A DNA stretch of 64,000 bases from an uncultured bacterium (GTDB taxonomy: Bacteria; Armatimonadota; Hebobacteria; CAIYQO01): positions 2,085-66,084 of the forward strand of contig CAZPYA010000015.1 in the NCBI GenBank assembly GCA_964590255.1, read 5' to 3'. How positions within the stretch are numbered: position 1 is the first letter of the stretch; each line of letters begins with the position of its first letter. Below are positions 41,441 through 51,000 of the stretch, in pieces. A program made the translations under genes and the position numbers. The notes under the pieces are model-generated. The model made no database searches, was not told the origin of the DNA, and was given only the letters and a program-made list of their open reading frames with translations.

Positions 41441-42277
41441 CTATTTTCCACCGATCATCCAGTGCAGAATCTCGGTGGTTTCGCGAAAATCGCCGATTAT
41501 GGCGTGGGCGCCGGCGTCCGTGAGCTTGTGCACTTTCGCCGGATTGATGCCCTGGCGACTGACCTCGTCAGAGGCGACGCCCAGCGCGATGGCGTCCACT
41601 TCGCGGGCCAGCGCGATTTCTACGCGACCGTCGCCCACCACCGCCACCTCCGGCCCGTGCAGTCCGGCTTCCTGCGCCAGCCGGCGCAGCACCGCCTCCT
41701 TCGAGCAGTCCATTGCGTCCGGCGGCGCGCCGGCGATCTCGACGAAGTAATCAGTCAAACCGAGCACGCCGACCTCGCGCACCACGTCGGGGTGGTCGGT
41801 GCCGCTGGCCACATACATGGCGATGCCCGCCGCGCGCAGACCGTCGAGGAAGGCCTGGCTGCCCGCCATCATGAACTGCTCGCGCGGCACGGCGCCGGCC
41901 GTCACCCGCGCGGCGCGCGCCTGCACCGGCGCCTGTAGTCGTCGCAGGTATTCGGCCTTATACCACCAGGCATCGTGCACATCCGGGTTCAGCCCGCGGG
42001 CGGCCACCGTCTCGGCCAGCCACACCATCTGGTGGATAGTCTGGATGCCGGTGGAGCGGTCGATATAGGCCGCCACCTCGGCGCGCAGCGCGTTGGTGGG
42101 CGCGGTCGGCCCGGCGATCATCTCCGCCATCATCGGCGCCATGATGGCGGGCCAGCCCTCGCGCAGCGTGCTGATGGTGCCGTCGAAATCGAACAGCACT
42201 GCGCGCAGCCGTGGGCGCTCCGCCGGCAGCGGTACCAGGTTCAGGAAAGATGCGTCCGGTGAATAGGTTCTGCTCAT
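41441..42277 (-). CDS. HAD-family hydrolase
   Basis: FDFDGTISTLREGW, ASGTD, VGDG. Confidence 0.88.
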   Translation of the reverse strand: MSRTYSPDASFLNLVPLPAERPRLRAVLFDFDGTISTLREGWPAIMAPMMAEMIAGPTAPTNALRAEVAAYIDRSTGIQTIHQMVWLAETVAARGLNPDVHDAWWYKAEYLRRLQAPVQARAARVTAGAVPREQFMMAGSQAFLDGLRAAGIAMYVASGTDHPDVVREVGVLGLTDYFVEIAGAPPDAMDCSKEAVLRRLAQEAGLHGPEVAVVGDGRVEIALAREVDAIALGVASDEVSRQGINPAKVHKLTDAGAHAIIGDFRETTEILHWMIGGK

Positions 42278-42329
42278 AATGCTGTCATTTTCAGCATGAC
42301 AGGGGAGATATCCTCCCTGTCTTGTCCAT

Positions 42330-42417
42330 GGCAGCGAGTTTGGAAGCCGACGGGAGTCGCGCTCAGCTTCCACTGATACACCTGGGCGCGACTCCCGTCG
42401 GCTTCCAGACTTGCTGC
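42330..42417. repeat. REP doublet hairpin flanking RAYT
   Basis: GCAGCGAGTTTGGAAGCCGACGGGAGTCGCGC..GCGCGACTCCCGTCGGCTTCCAGACTTGCTGC. Confidence 0.9.
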
Positions 42418-42461
42418 TCTATTCGAGGGGTAAACCTTCATCAGTCCACCAGTATTCCCGA

Positions 42462-42980
42462 TCAATGGGGATGATACAAGGACGTTCCGGGAAATACATC
42501 GCGGTAAAAGCTGGAGTATGGATATTCATCCGCATGCTGGATAAGACCCCATCGCAACGGATTGTTATAGATATAGTTGATCTTTTGCCGAATCATCCAA
42601 TCGCTGTAGAGATGAAAGTTATGCTTGCCATCCTGCCAGAGTTGCGCGCGTCCGTCCGGCGTCGCGGTTAACCACCGTTGCACGGCAGCATGATTCGTCA
42701 ATTCCGCCAGACGGTACACCGCTGTCGTGGCGCCGGCTTTGAATTGCTGCACAAAACGGATAACGCCGCCATCGCGCGGATTGACGATGGCATGCAGATG
42801 ATCCGGCATCAGCACATAGGCGATCAGTCGAGTGAAGTAGGTATCGCAGTGGTGCCGGAGTTCTTCGAGCACACAGCGGGCGTAATGATCATGGACAAAG
42901 GGGCGGCGGCGCTCGCGCACGTTGATGGTGAGGTAATGCAGTACCCCGGTCCGGTCACCGCGATTGATGCGCTTGGCCAT
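42462..42980 (-). mobile_element. REP-associated tyrosine transposase (RAYT/TnpA-REP, Y1 HUH)
   Basis: HYLT, YVLMPDHLH (HUH), LWQ, KINYIYNNP (catalytic Tyr), YPYSS; flanked by REPs. Confidence 0.9.
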
Positions 42981-43005
42981 GTTGTCTCCTCCCTGTATGG
43001 TTTAT

Positions 43006-43157
43006 GGCAGCGAGTCTGGAAGCCGACGCGAGTCGCGCTCAGCTTCCACTGATGCACCTGGGCGCGACTCGCGTCGGCTTCCAGACTCGCTGCCAGATCT
43101 ACTGCCAGATTCTTCATTATCCAACCGGCGCGCGACTCCCGGCGGCTTCCAGACTGC
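43006..43157. repeat. REP doublet hairpin plus single REP upstream of RAYT
   Basis: Near-identical direct repeat of 42330-42417 at 43006-43094; extra half copy ~43128-43157. Confidence 0.9.
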
Positions 43158-43162
43158 TCTAC

Positions 43163-44170
43163 TTATCCCCCGAATATCTCGAGTATTTCCTCGGGGGTAG
43201 CGGTGCCGGTAGTGCCGATTTTCTTCACCACCACGCCGGCGGCAAGGGTGGCCAGGCTAGCAGCTTCCACCCCCGTGGCGCCGGCGGCGAGGGCGGCGGT
43301 GAGGGCGGCGCCAAAACAGTCGCCGGCGCCGACGGTGTCGATGGGCGGCGTGGCCGGCTGCGCGGGCACGGGCGTCGCGGCGTCGCCGTCCACCCACAGG
43401 CAGCCTTTGCCGCCGAGGGTGAGGCAGACCGGGCCACCGCTGCGCGCGGCGAGTTGGCGGGCGACGTCCGCCAGCTCGGTGTCCGACGCCTCGTGCGGCG
43501 ACCCGGCGCGGTTGAGCATCGCCCACGCCTCCACCTCGTTTGGCTTGAGGATGACGGAATGGTAGTCGCCGATGCGGTCGCGGCTGTCCACCACCACCGG
43601 CAGGCCGTCGGCGGCGGCGCGGCACAGGCGCGCCCGCACGGCGGGCGTGACGATGCCATACAGTTGATAATCGGCCACCAGCACGGCGTCGACGTGGGCC
43701 AGCAGCGCCTCAAGGCGTTTCAGTAGACTCTCTTCCAACTCCGGTGGGGTGGGGGTCTGGTTCTCGAAGTAGAGGTGCGGGTCTTCATACACCACGTCGG
43801 ACAGGCCCTTGCGCAGCGGTTTGCAGTAGCCGGTGGTGAGGCGGCCGGGGGCATCCACGAAAAAATCGGTGCCGATGCCGGCGTCCGCCATCAGCCGCCG
43901 CAGCTCGCGCCCGCGCCAGTCGTCGCCCAGCGCGGCGAGCATGGGCACGGTGGCGCCGAGGGCGGCGGCGCAGGCGGCGGCGTTGCTGCCCCCGCCGGGC
44001 GACATGCGCTCGGTCATGATGGGCAGAATGAAGTGCGGATTTTCGCGCGCCAGCCGGCTGCGAGTCATGTCCGCTTCCCAGTAGACATCCAGGCAGGCGT
44101 CGCCCACCACGCCGACGCGCACGTGGCGGATGGCGGCCAGCAGTTCGGTCAAGCGATGTCGCGTCAGCAT
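43163..44170 (-). CDS. PfkB-family sugar kinase (HldE/RfaE domain I-like)
   Basis: VVGDACLDVY, PGGGSNAA, LKPNEVE, DTVGAGD. Confidence 0.88.
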   Translation of the reverse strand: MLTRHRLTELLAAIRHVRVGVVGDACLDVYWEADMTRSRLARENPHFILPIMTERMSPGGGSNAAACAAALGATVPMLAALGDDWRGRELRRLMADAGIGTDFFVDAPGRLTTGYCKPLRKGLSDVVYEDPHLYFENQTPTPPELEESLLKRLEALLAHVDAVLVADYQLYGIVTPAVRARLCRAAADGLPVVVDSRDRIGDYHSVILKPNEVEAWAMLNRAGSPHEASDTELADVARQLAARSGGPVCLTLGGKGCLWVDGDAATPVPAQPATPPIDTVGAGDCFGAALTAALAAGATGVEAASLATLAAGVVVKKIGTTGTATPEEILEIFGG

Positions 44171-44219
44171 GGCAGTAAACCTCGGGTGTTCATTTCGCGC
44201 CCGCCCGGCACTCCTCCTC

Positions 44220-44276
44220 TTGACAGCCAATCGAGCAAATTCGTATGATTAATCATACTTTTCATACTCATACGAC
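44220..44276 (+). promoter_or_regulatory. Sigma70 promoter with overlapping palindromic operator
   Basis: TTGACA-N18-TATGAT; palindrome GTATGATTAATCATAC plus further TCATAC repeats. Confidence 0.7.
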
Positions 44277-44322
44277 GGTGCAGGCGCTCGTATGGGATAG
44301 TGTAGTGAAGAGGGAGACATTC

Positions 44323-44589
44323 ATGCCCGGTCCATTTAATATCGAGCAGTATTTTTACGGCTCGGCAACCCTGGGAGAGCGTGGACAGGTGGTCATCCCC
44401 GCTGATGCCCGCAAGGATTGCGAAATTCAGCCGGGCGACAAGGTGTTGGTGTTCCGGCACCCGCTGCATCCGCATATGTTGATCCTCGCCAAGATCGGCG
44501 AGATGCAGGCGCTGCTGCAGCAAATGGCCCGCGCGCTGGACCAGGCCGCGGAACGCATGGATGAGACGACGATACCCGACGAAGATTGA
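44323..44589 (+). CDS. AbrB/MazE/SpoVT family transcription regulator
   Basis: FYGSATLGERGQVVIPADARK..IQPGDKVLV. Confidence 0.88.
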   Translation: MPGPFNIEQYFYGSATLGERGQVVIPADARKDCEIQPGDKVLVFRHPLHPHMLILAKIGEMQALLQQMARALDQAAERMDETTIPDED

Positions 44590-44617
44590 TCGCGTTACAA
44601 AAAATCGGAGAAGATGC

Positions 44618-46276
44618 ATGAGCAAGTTTACGCTACCCCTGATCGGCGTTGCGCTGTTGTTGATCGCCGGGTGCAAGACCGCGCCTCAGCAGCAAGCCGG
44701 CGAACCGAACACAACGCCGAAGAAGGTGCCCACCACGGTGACCGCGATGGCGCTGGTGCCGCGCACGCTGGACGAGCGCGTGGAGGTGACCGGCACGCTG
44801 CAGCCGGATGACCAGGTAGACGTGGGCACCCGCTCCGCGGGTCGCATCGCCTGGATCATCGGGAAGGAAGGCATGAAAGTGCAGCGGGGCAAGCCGGTGG
44901 CCCGGTTGGAAGACACCGACGCCCGCTCGCAGGTGCGCGCGGCGAAGGCGGCACTGGCTGCCGCGCGGGCGCGGGTGGAGCAAGCGGAAGCGGCGGTGCT
45001 GCAGCAGACCACCGCCACCGATTCCGGCGTTGCCACCGCCCGGGCCGGGGTGGCCGCCGCCAAGGCGCGCCTGCGGCAGGCGCAGGCCGCCGCCGAAGCT
45101 CAGGATGCCTCGGCGAAGGCGCAGGTGAAGGCTGCACAGGCGATGCTGGACGCGGCGAACAGCCGGCTGGCGCTGTTGAAGAACGGGTCTCGCTCGCAAG
45201 AGCGCACCATCGCTGAGAACAACGTAAAGCTGGCCCAGGCGACCTTCGACCTCGATAAATCGAATTACGAGCGGTATAAGACGCTGTATGACAAAGGCGC
45301 GGTCTCGCGCTCCGTGCTGGATGGCATGGAGACGAAGATGCGCCTGTCGGAGACGCAGTGGCAGTCCGCCAAGCAGTCGCTGTCCATGGTGCAGGAAGGC
45401 GCGCGCACCGAGGATATCCAGGGCGCGCAAGCGGCGGTGCGCCAGGCGCAGGAAGGCGTCGACACCGCCCGCGCCAACCTGAAGCAGACCGACGTGGCCA
45501 ATGCCAACGTGGAGATCGCGAAGACGGGCGTGGCGCAGGCGGAGGCCGCGCTGGATGCCGCGAAGGCCACCGGCCAGGTGAACGTGATGCGCGACAAGGA
45601 CGTGCTGGCCGCCCGCGCCGGCGTGCAGCAGGCGCAGGCGGCGCTGGCCACCGCGGACGAATATCTGCGCAACATGACGATTTTCTCGCCGGTGGACGGC
45701 GTCGTCGCCACGCGCATGGCGGAGGTGGGACAGAGCCTGGGCAACGGCGACCCGGTACTGCGGCTGACCACGAACAATGCGCTGTATTTCGAGGCGCAGG
45801 TGTCCGAGCTGGATGCCCCGCGCCTGCGGGCCGGGCAGACGGTGATGCTGGCCGTCGACGCGCTGCAGGGCGAACGCGGCAACCTGTATTCGCAGAGCGC
45901 CTCGCGCCTGTTTGCCGGCACGGTGGAGAAGGTGGTGCCGGTGGTCAACGCGCAGACGCGTAACTTCACCGTGCGCGTGGTGGTGCCCCGCTCGGCGCAG
46001 CTCTGTCCCGGCATGTTCGCCCGCGGCTCGGTGGTGACGGCCACGCACCTGAACGCCGTGACCGTGCCGAAGGACGCGCTGGTGAAGCGTGAAGGGAAGA
46101 CCTACGTCTTCGTGGCCGCAAAGAATGCCGCCAGCCAGCGCGACGTGATCCTCGGCGCCAGCGACGCCACCGCTGTGCAGGTCATCAGCGGCGTGCAGCC
46201 CGGCGAGATGGTTATCGTCGAAGGCCAGCAGACGCTGAAAGACGGCGACACGCTGGTGGTGAAGGGGAAGAAATAG
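44618..46276 (+). CDS. RND efflux periplasmic adaptor (lipoprotein, very long coiled coil)
   Basis: Lipobox LIAGC; TIFSPVDGVV; PGMFARG; Ala/Gln-rich heptads. Confidence 0.9.
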   Translation: MSKFTLPLIGVALLLIAGCKTAPQQQAGEPNTTPKKVPTTVTAMALVPRTLDERVEVTGTLQPDDQVDVGTRSAGRIAWIIGKEGMKVQRGKPVARLEDTDARSQVRAAKAALAAARARVEQAEAAVLQQTTATDSGVATARAGVAAAKARLRQAQAAAEAQDASAKAQVKAAQAMLDAANSRLALLKNGSRSQERTIAENNVKLAQATFDLDKSNYERYKTLYDKGAVSRSVLDGMETKMRLSETQWQSAKQSLSMVQEGARTEDIQGAQAAVRQAQEGVDTARANLKQTDVANANVEIAKTGVAQAEAALDAAKATGQVNVMRDKDVLAARAGVQQAQAALATADEYLRNMTIFSPVDGVVATRMAEVGQSLGNGDPVLRLTTNNALYFEAQVSELDAPRLRAGQTVMLAVDALQGERGNLYSQSASRLFAGTVEKVVPVVNAQTRNFTVRVVVPRSAQLCPGMFARGSVVTATHLNAVTVPKDALVKREGKTYVFVAAKNAASQRDVILGASDATAVQVISGVQPGEMVIVEGQQTLKDGDTLVVKGKK

Positions 46277-46371
46277 GGGATGAGTTCCCGGTGTGAGATC
46301 ATATTCAGGCGGGGGATTTCAATCCCCCGCGTGAACCAGCAACGGTCTTTGATAGATAGGACGCACCCGAT

Positions 46372-49300
46372 ATGTGGTTAACCAAATTATCCATCACCCG
46401 TCCGGTGACGATTTTGATGCTGGTGTTGGCGCTGGTCGTGCTCGGCCTGCAGTCGCGCAGCAAGTTGTCGGTAGACCTGTATCCGGACATCGAGTTCCCG
46501 ATGGTCTACATCACCACCGTCTATCCCGGCACCGGGCCGGAGGAGATGGAGACGCTGATCTCCAAGCCCATCGAGGACGCGGTGAGCACCATCAGCGGGT
46601 TGAACAAGCTGGCGTCGACCTCGTCGGAAGGCGTGTCGCAGGTGATGATGGAGTTCGAGATCGGCACGGACGTGGACGTGGCGGTGGCGGACATCCGCAG
46701 CAAGCTGGACGTGCTGCGCAACAAGCTGCCGGAGGACGCGGAGGCGCCCACCGTTATCAAGGCGGACGTGAAGGCGATTCCCATTATCTCGCTGAGCCTG
46801 AAAAGCGACCGCTTGAGCTCTATCGAGGTGCGCCGGCTGGCCGACGACGTGCTGAAGGACCGGCTGAGCCAGATTCCGGGCGTAGCGTCGGTATTCGTTT
46901 CCGGCGGCGACGAGCGCGAGGTGCAGGTGCGCGTGGACAACGCCCGGCTGCAGGCCTACGGACTGAGCATTCAGCAGGTAGCGAGCGCGTTGAAGGCGGA
47001 GAACCTGAACCTGCCGTCCGGCGCCATCGACGAGGAAAACCGCACCTCGGCGGTGCGCGTGATGGGCGAGTTTACCGATCCCGACGAGATCCTCAACGTG
47101 CGCATCCCCAACGCGCGCAACAACCCGAACCTCACCGTGCGTGACGTGGTGGTGAATGGCGTCATCGACGACACCGTCGCCGAGTCGAACACTTACACCC
47201 GCGTGGACGGCGGCAACAGCGTGGCGCTCACCCTGCAAAAGCAGTCGGACGGCAATACCGTGAAAGTGGTCGAGGACGTGCGCAAGGAGCTGGAGAAGCT
47301 CACCGGTGAGGAGTTCCTCGAACGCAAGGGGTTGGCGAAGGCGATGTATAAGGCGCCGAAGGGCCCGGTGCTGCTGGATCCGGAGCAGGTGCAGGTGAAT
47401 GTGGCATGGGACCAGTCCACCTTCATTAAAGAGACGCTGGATGACGTGTATAAGTCGCTCATCGAAGGCGCGGCGCTGGCGGTGCTCATTGTCTTCCTCT
47501 TCCTGCACAGCCTGCGCGGCACGTTCATCGTGGCGCTGGCCATTCCCACCTCGATGATCGCCACCTTCATCGTCATGAATATCCTCGGCTTCTCCATCAA
47601 CATGATGTCGATGATGGGGTTGTCGCTCTCGGTGGGGATTCTCGTCGACGACTCCATCGTCGTCTTGGAAAATATTCACCGGCACCTGAAGATGGGCAAG
47701 TCGGTGCGGCAGGCGGCGATCGACGGCCGTACGGAGATCGGCCTTGCCGCCATGACCATCACGCTGGTGGACGTGGTGGTGTTCGTGCCCATCGCCTTCA
47801 TGGGCGGCATCGTGGGGCAGTTCTTCCGCCAGTTCGGCATCGTGGTGGCTACCGCCACGCTCTTCTCGCTCTTCGTCTCCTTCACGCTGACGCCGATGCT
47901 GGCGTCGCGCTGGCTGAAGAGCCACGCGGAGGAAGAGGACGCGGCGAAGGGGCAGGATCCGGATAAATTCAACCTGGCGCGCTGGTTCTTCAGCAGTTGG
48001 GAGAACGGCTACGACGCTGTCGCCGGCGCATATCACAGCGTGCTGAGGTGGGCGTTGGAGCACCGCGCGGCGGTGATCAGCATCGGCCTGATGACATTTA
48101 TGGCTAGTATCGCCATCACCATGCCGAAGCTACCCGGCGCGGCCGTCGCCGCGCTGCCCACGCTATTGCCGGTGCTGCTGCTCATCGGCGGCATCTGCTG
48201 GGTCGCCAGCCTGCTGCACGGCGCCATACGCACGCTCTTTGTCGTTATCGCGCTGATTGCTTCGCTGGCGCTGGCGGGTATCTCCGGGGGAATGGCGGTG
48301 AAGGCGCTGCAGCCACACAAGGTGCAGATGATCCCGGTGCTGATGATCCTGCTGGTGTTCGGCATTATCGGTTACATGCTGTCGTTGCGCAAGGCAAATC
48401 CCGACGACACGCCGTCGACGAGCGTCTTCCGGCCCATCGCGGTCGCCGCCAGCGTGCTCATCTTCGTCTGTCTGTTCATCCCCGCGAAGTTTGGCGTGGA
48501 GTTCGCGCCGAAGATGGACCGCGGCAGCTTTACCGTGAAGCTGGAGGCGGATGTGGGGACGGCGCTGGACACCACCGACCGGGCGGTGATGGCGGTGGAA
48601 AAGACGCTGCTGGACAAGAAGCTGTTCCCGCAGGTGGAGACGGTGTTCACCACGGTGGGATCGGCCGGCGGCAGCCGCTTTAGCGAGGCCAGCGGCGGCG
48701 AGTCGAACATGGCGGAGATGAATATCCAGTTGCGCGACTTGCAGAAAGGCGACTTGCGCTCGGATAAGGTGATCGCGCGGGTGAACGAGTATTTTGCCAC
48801 AGAAGCGCCCATCCCCGGCATGAAAGTCACCGCCGCGGAAGAGACCGGCGGCCCGGGCGGCGCGATGATCTCCATCGAGGTGGTCGGCACCGACACGAAG
48901 GTGATTCAACGCGCGGCCAGCCGCATCGCTGAGGCGGTGAGCGCCATCGAAGGCACCTACGGCGTGGAGCTGTCGTCGCGCGAAGGGCGTCCGGAACTGC
49001 AGGCGCGCATCGATCGCGACCGCGCCGCGCAGTACGGCATGAGCGTGGCGCAGATTGCCTCCGCGCTGCGCACCAGCCTGGAGGGCGACACTTCGACGAA
49101 GTACCGAGAAGGCGGCAAGGAATACGATATCCGCATCCTGCTGCCGGAGGAACAGCGGAGCGTGTTGAACCAGGTGCCGGACATGGTGGTGGGCACCTCG
49201 CCCAGCGGCCAGCCGGTGCATTTGCGCCATGTCGCGACCTTCGCCAACGACGTGGGCCCCACGAAGGTGGAGCGCACCAACCGCCAGCGCTCGGTGACGA

Positions 49301-50016
49301 TTCAGGGGAACCTGAACGAAGGCGTGCCCCTTGGTAACATCAAGCCGAGTATCGACGCCGCCATTCAGAAGCTGCAGGACGAAGGCAAGCTGGACGGCGT
49401 CAGCTTCAACTGGTCGGGCCAGGCTGAGGAGATGCAGTCCTCTTTCCAGGACATGTTCAGCGCGCTGGGGCTGTCCATCCTGATGGTGTTCATGCTCATG
49501 TCCGCGCTGTTCGAGTCGGTACTGGCGCCGCTGATCATCATGCTGGCGGTGCCGCAGGCGATGGCCGGGGCGCTCTTCGCGCTGTCGTTCAGCGGCAAGT
49601 CGCTGAATATCGTCTCGATGATCGGCGTAATCATGCTGGTGGGCCTGGTGACAAAGAACGCCATCCTGGTGGTGGACTACACCAATACGCTGCGGCGCGA
49701 CGAGAAGCTGTCGCGGCGCGACGCGCTGCTGCGCGCCGGCCCCACGCGGTTGCGCCCGATTCTCATGACCACGCTGGCGATGATCTTCGGCATGCTGCCG
49801 ACCGCCCTCGCGCTGAACCAGGGCGCGGAGATGCGCCAGCCGATGGCCATCGCGGTAATCGGCGGCCTGCTGCTGTCGATGTTCCTCACGCTGCTAATGG
49901 TGCCGGTGTTCTACGAGATTATCGACGACATCGGACAGCGCATCACGCGGTTCAAGGAGCGCCTGCTGCGCATAGCACCGAAAGAGGAAGACGCATCGCT
50001 GACGTTTGAGGAATAA
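46372..50016 (+). CDS. RND efflux permease (AcrB/HAE1 family)
   Basis: SITRPV, GILVDDSIVVLENI, GLVTKNAIL, RLRPILMTT. Confidence 0.95.
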   Translation: MWLTKLSITRPVTILMLVLALVVLGLQSRSKLSVDLYPDIEFPMVYITTVYPGTGPEEMETLISKPIEDAVSTISGLNKLASTSSEGVSQVMMEFEIGTDVDVAVADIRSKLDVLRNKLPEDAEAPTVIKADVKAIPIISLSLKSDRLSSIEVRRLADDVLKDRLSQIPGVASVFVSGGDEREVQVRVDNARLQAYGLSIQQVASALKAENLNLPSGAIDEENRTSAVRVMGEFTDPDEILNVRIPNARNNPNLTVRDVVVNGVIDDTVAESNTYTRVDGGNSVALTLQKQSDGNTVKVVEDVRKELEKLTGEEFLERKGLAKAMYKAPKGPVLLDPEQVQVNVAWDQSTFIKETLDDVYKSLIEGAALAVLIVFLFLHSLRGTFIVALAIPTSMIATFIVMNILGFSINMMSMMGLSLSVGILVDDSIVVLENIHRHLKMGKSVRQAAIDGRTEIGLAAMTITLVDVVVFVPIAFMGGIVGQFFRQFGIVVATATLFSLFVSFTLTPMLASRWLKSHAEEEDAAKGQDPDKFNLARWFFSSWENGYDAVAGAYHSVLRWALEHRAAVISIGLMTFMASIAITMPKLPGAAVAALPTLLPVLLLIGGICWVASLLHGAIRTLFVVIALIASLALAGISGGMAVKALQPHKVQMIPVLMILLVFGIIGYMLSLRKANPDDTPSTSVFRPIAVAASVLIFVCLFIPAKFGVEFAPKMDRGSFTVKLEADVGTALDTTDRAVMAVEKTLLDKKLFPQVETVFTTVGSAGGSRFSEASGGESNMAEMNIQLRDLQKGDLRSDKVIARVNEYFATEAPIPGMKVTAAEETGGPGGAMISIEVVGTDTKVIQRAASRIAEAVSAIEGTYGVELSSREGRPELQARIDRDRAAQYGMSVAQIASALRTSLEGDTSTKYREGGKEYDIRILLPEEQRSVLNQVPDMVVGTSPSGQPVHLRHVATFANDVGPTKVERTNRQRSVTIQGNLNEGVPLGNIKPSIDAAIQKLQDEGKLDGVSFNWSGQAEEMQSSFQDMFSALGLSILMVFMLMSALFESVLAPLIIMLAVPQAMAGALFALSFSGKSLNIVSMIGVIMLVGLVTKNAILVVDYTNTLRRDEKLSRRDALLRAGPTRLRPILMTTLAMIFGMLPTALALNQGAEMRQPMAIAVIGGLLLSMFLTLLMVPVFYEIIDDIGQRITRFKERLLRIAPKEEDASLTFEE

Positions 50017-50027
50017 GGCGCGGCTTT

Positions 50028-50066
50028 TCCCCCCCTCTCACCCCCCTCTCCCAGCGGAGAGGGGGG
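50028..50066. repeat. REP-like/terminator hairpin after RND gene
   Basis: CCCCCCTCTCC-CAGC-GGAGAGGGGGG followed by T-rich tract. Confidence 0.55.
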
Positions 50067-50506
50067 TGTTTTGTTTGGTGGGATGGAGACGGATGGGAGA
50101 TATAGGACTGGGTGATATGCCCGTGTTTTGCCAGAATTTGCCAGCTTCTCGACGGTTCGCCAGGTTTTACCGGGATTTACCAGTGGGGGAGCGGGTGGCG
50201 TGGTTGCCGAGGGTGCGTTAGCCGGCCGGTGCCGGCGCCGCGGGGCCATGCGTTCGGAAACCGGTGCAAAAATAGAGAAAAAATGTGTGAATTTTCGTGC
50301 GTGTGGACATACATGCAAACAGACGTTAAAGAAACATGTGTCACCACCAATAAAATATTTTCAAATATTTCACCAAAACGCTTGCTCCCCCGGCAAGAAA
50401 GCACTTGTGCGATTTGGTTTTTGGCGGTAATATTTGGGGCGAAGGCGACAATACCAATCCACTGCCCCCTGAATTTTTAGGGAAATTGGTGAATTCTGGT
50501 AATTTG

Positions 50507-50977
50507 ATGGAAATCACCCAGTATGGCGAGCATGATGCACTGATTGATGCGAACGGCCGCATCAACGTGCCGCGGAAGATCAGCTTTCTCTTTGCGAAAG
50601 GTGGTTTTCTCATGCGCGCCTTTAACGGGCAGTCGCTGGTGTTTTTGACGGATGAGGCGTTCAAGCAGGTACAGGCCCAGTTGAACAAGCTGGGTGGTTC
50701 GCTGCGAGAAGAGGTGCGGCGCTTTGTGGCGTGCGGCACCGACGTGACGCTGGACAACCAGGGTCGCCTGGCGGTGAACTCCCGGCTGCGCAGTTGGGCG
50801 AAGCTGCAGAAGGACGTCATCATCGTCGTGATGGATAACAAGGCGGAAATCTGGGATGCCGCGGAGTGGGACGCGTACAACAGCGACCGATACACCCGCG
50901 AGCGCCTGCAGATGATGGAGAACGCGTTGTTCCCGCCGACGGATATTGCGTCGCTGGAGGATGCCCTGTCGGTGTAG
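50507..50977 (+). CDS. mraZ: Division/cell-wall cluster transcriptional repressor MraZ
   Basis: Two SpoVT-AbrB repeats (DANGRINVP, LDNQGRL), EIWD; upstream of rsmH. Confidence 0.88.
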   Translation: MEITQYGEHDALIDANGRINVPRKISFLFAKGGFLMRAFNGQSLVFLTDEAFKQVQAQLNKLGGSLREEVRRFVACGTDVTLDNQGRLAVNSRLRSWAKLQKDVIIVVMDNKAEIWDAAEWDAYNSDRYTRERLQMMENALFPPTDIASLEDALSV

Positions 50978-51000
50978 GCCGGCGCAAGAAGGACGGGCCG

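Noticed and set aside
42330-43157. Repeats that might be a CRISPR array
   Set aside because: Only two long palindromic doublets flanking a Y1 transposase; no regular repeat-spacer periodicity and no cas genes
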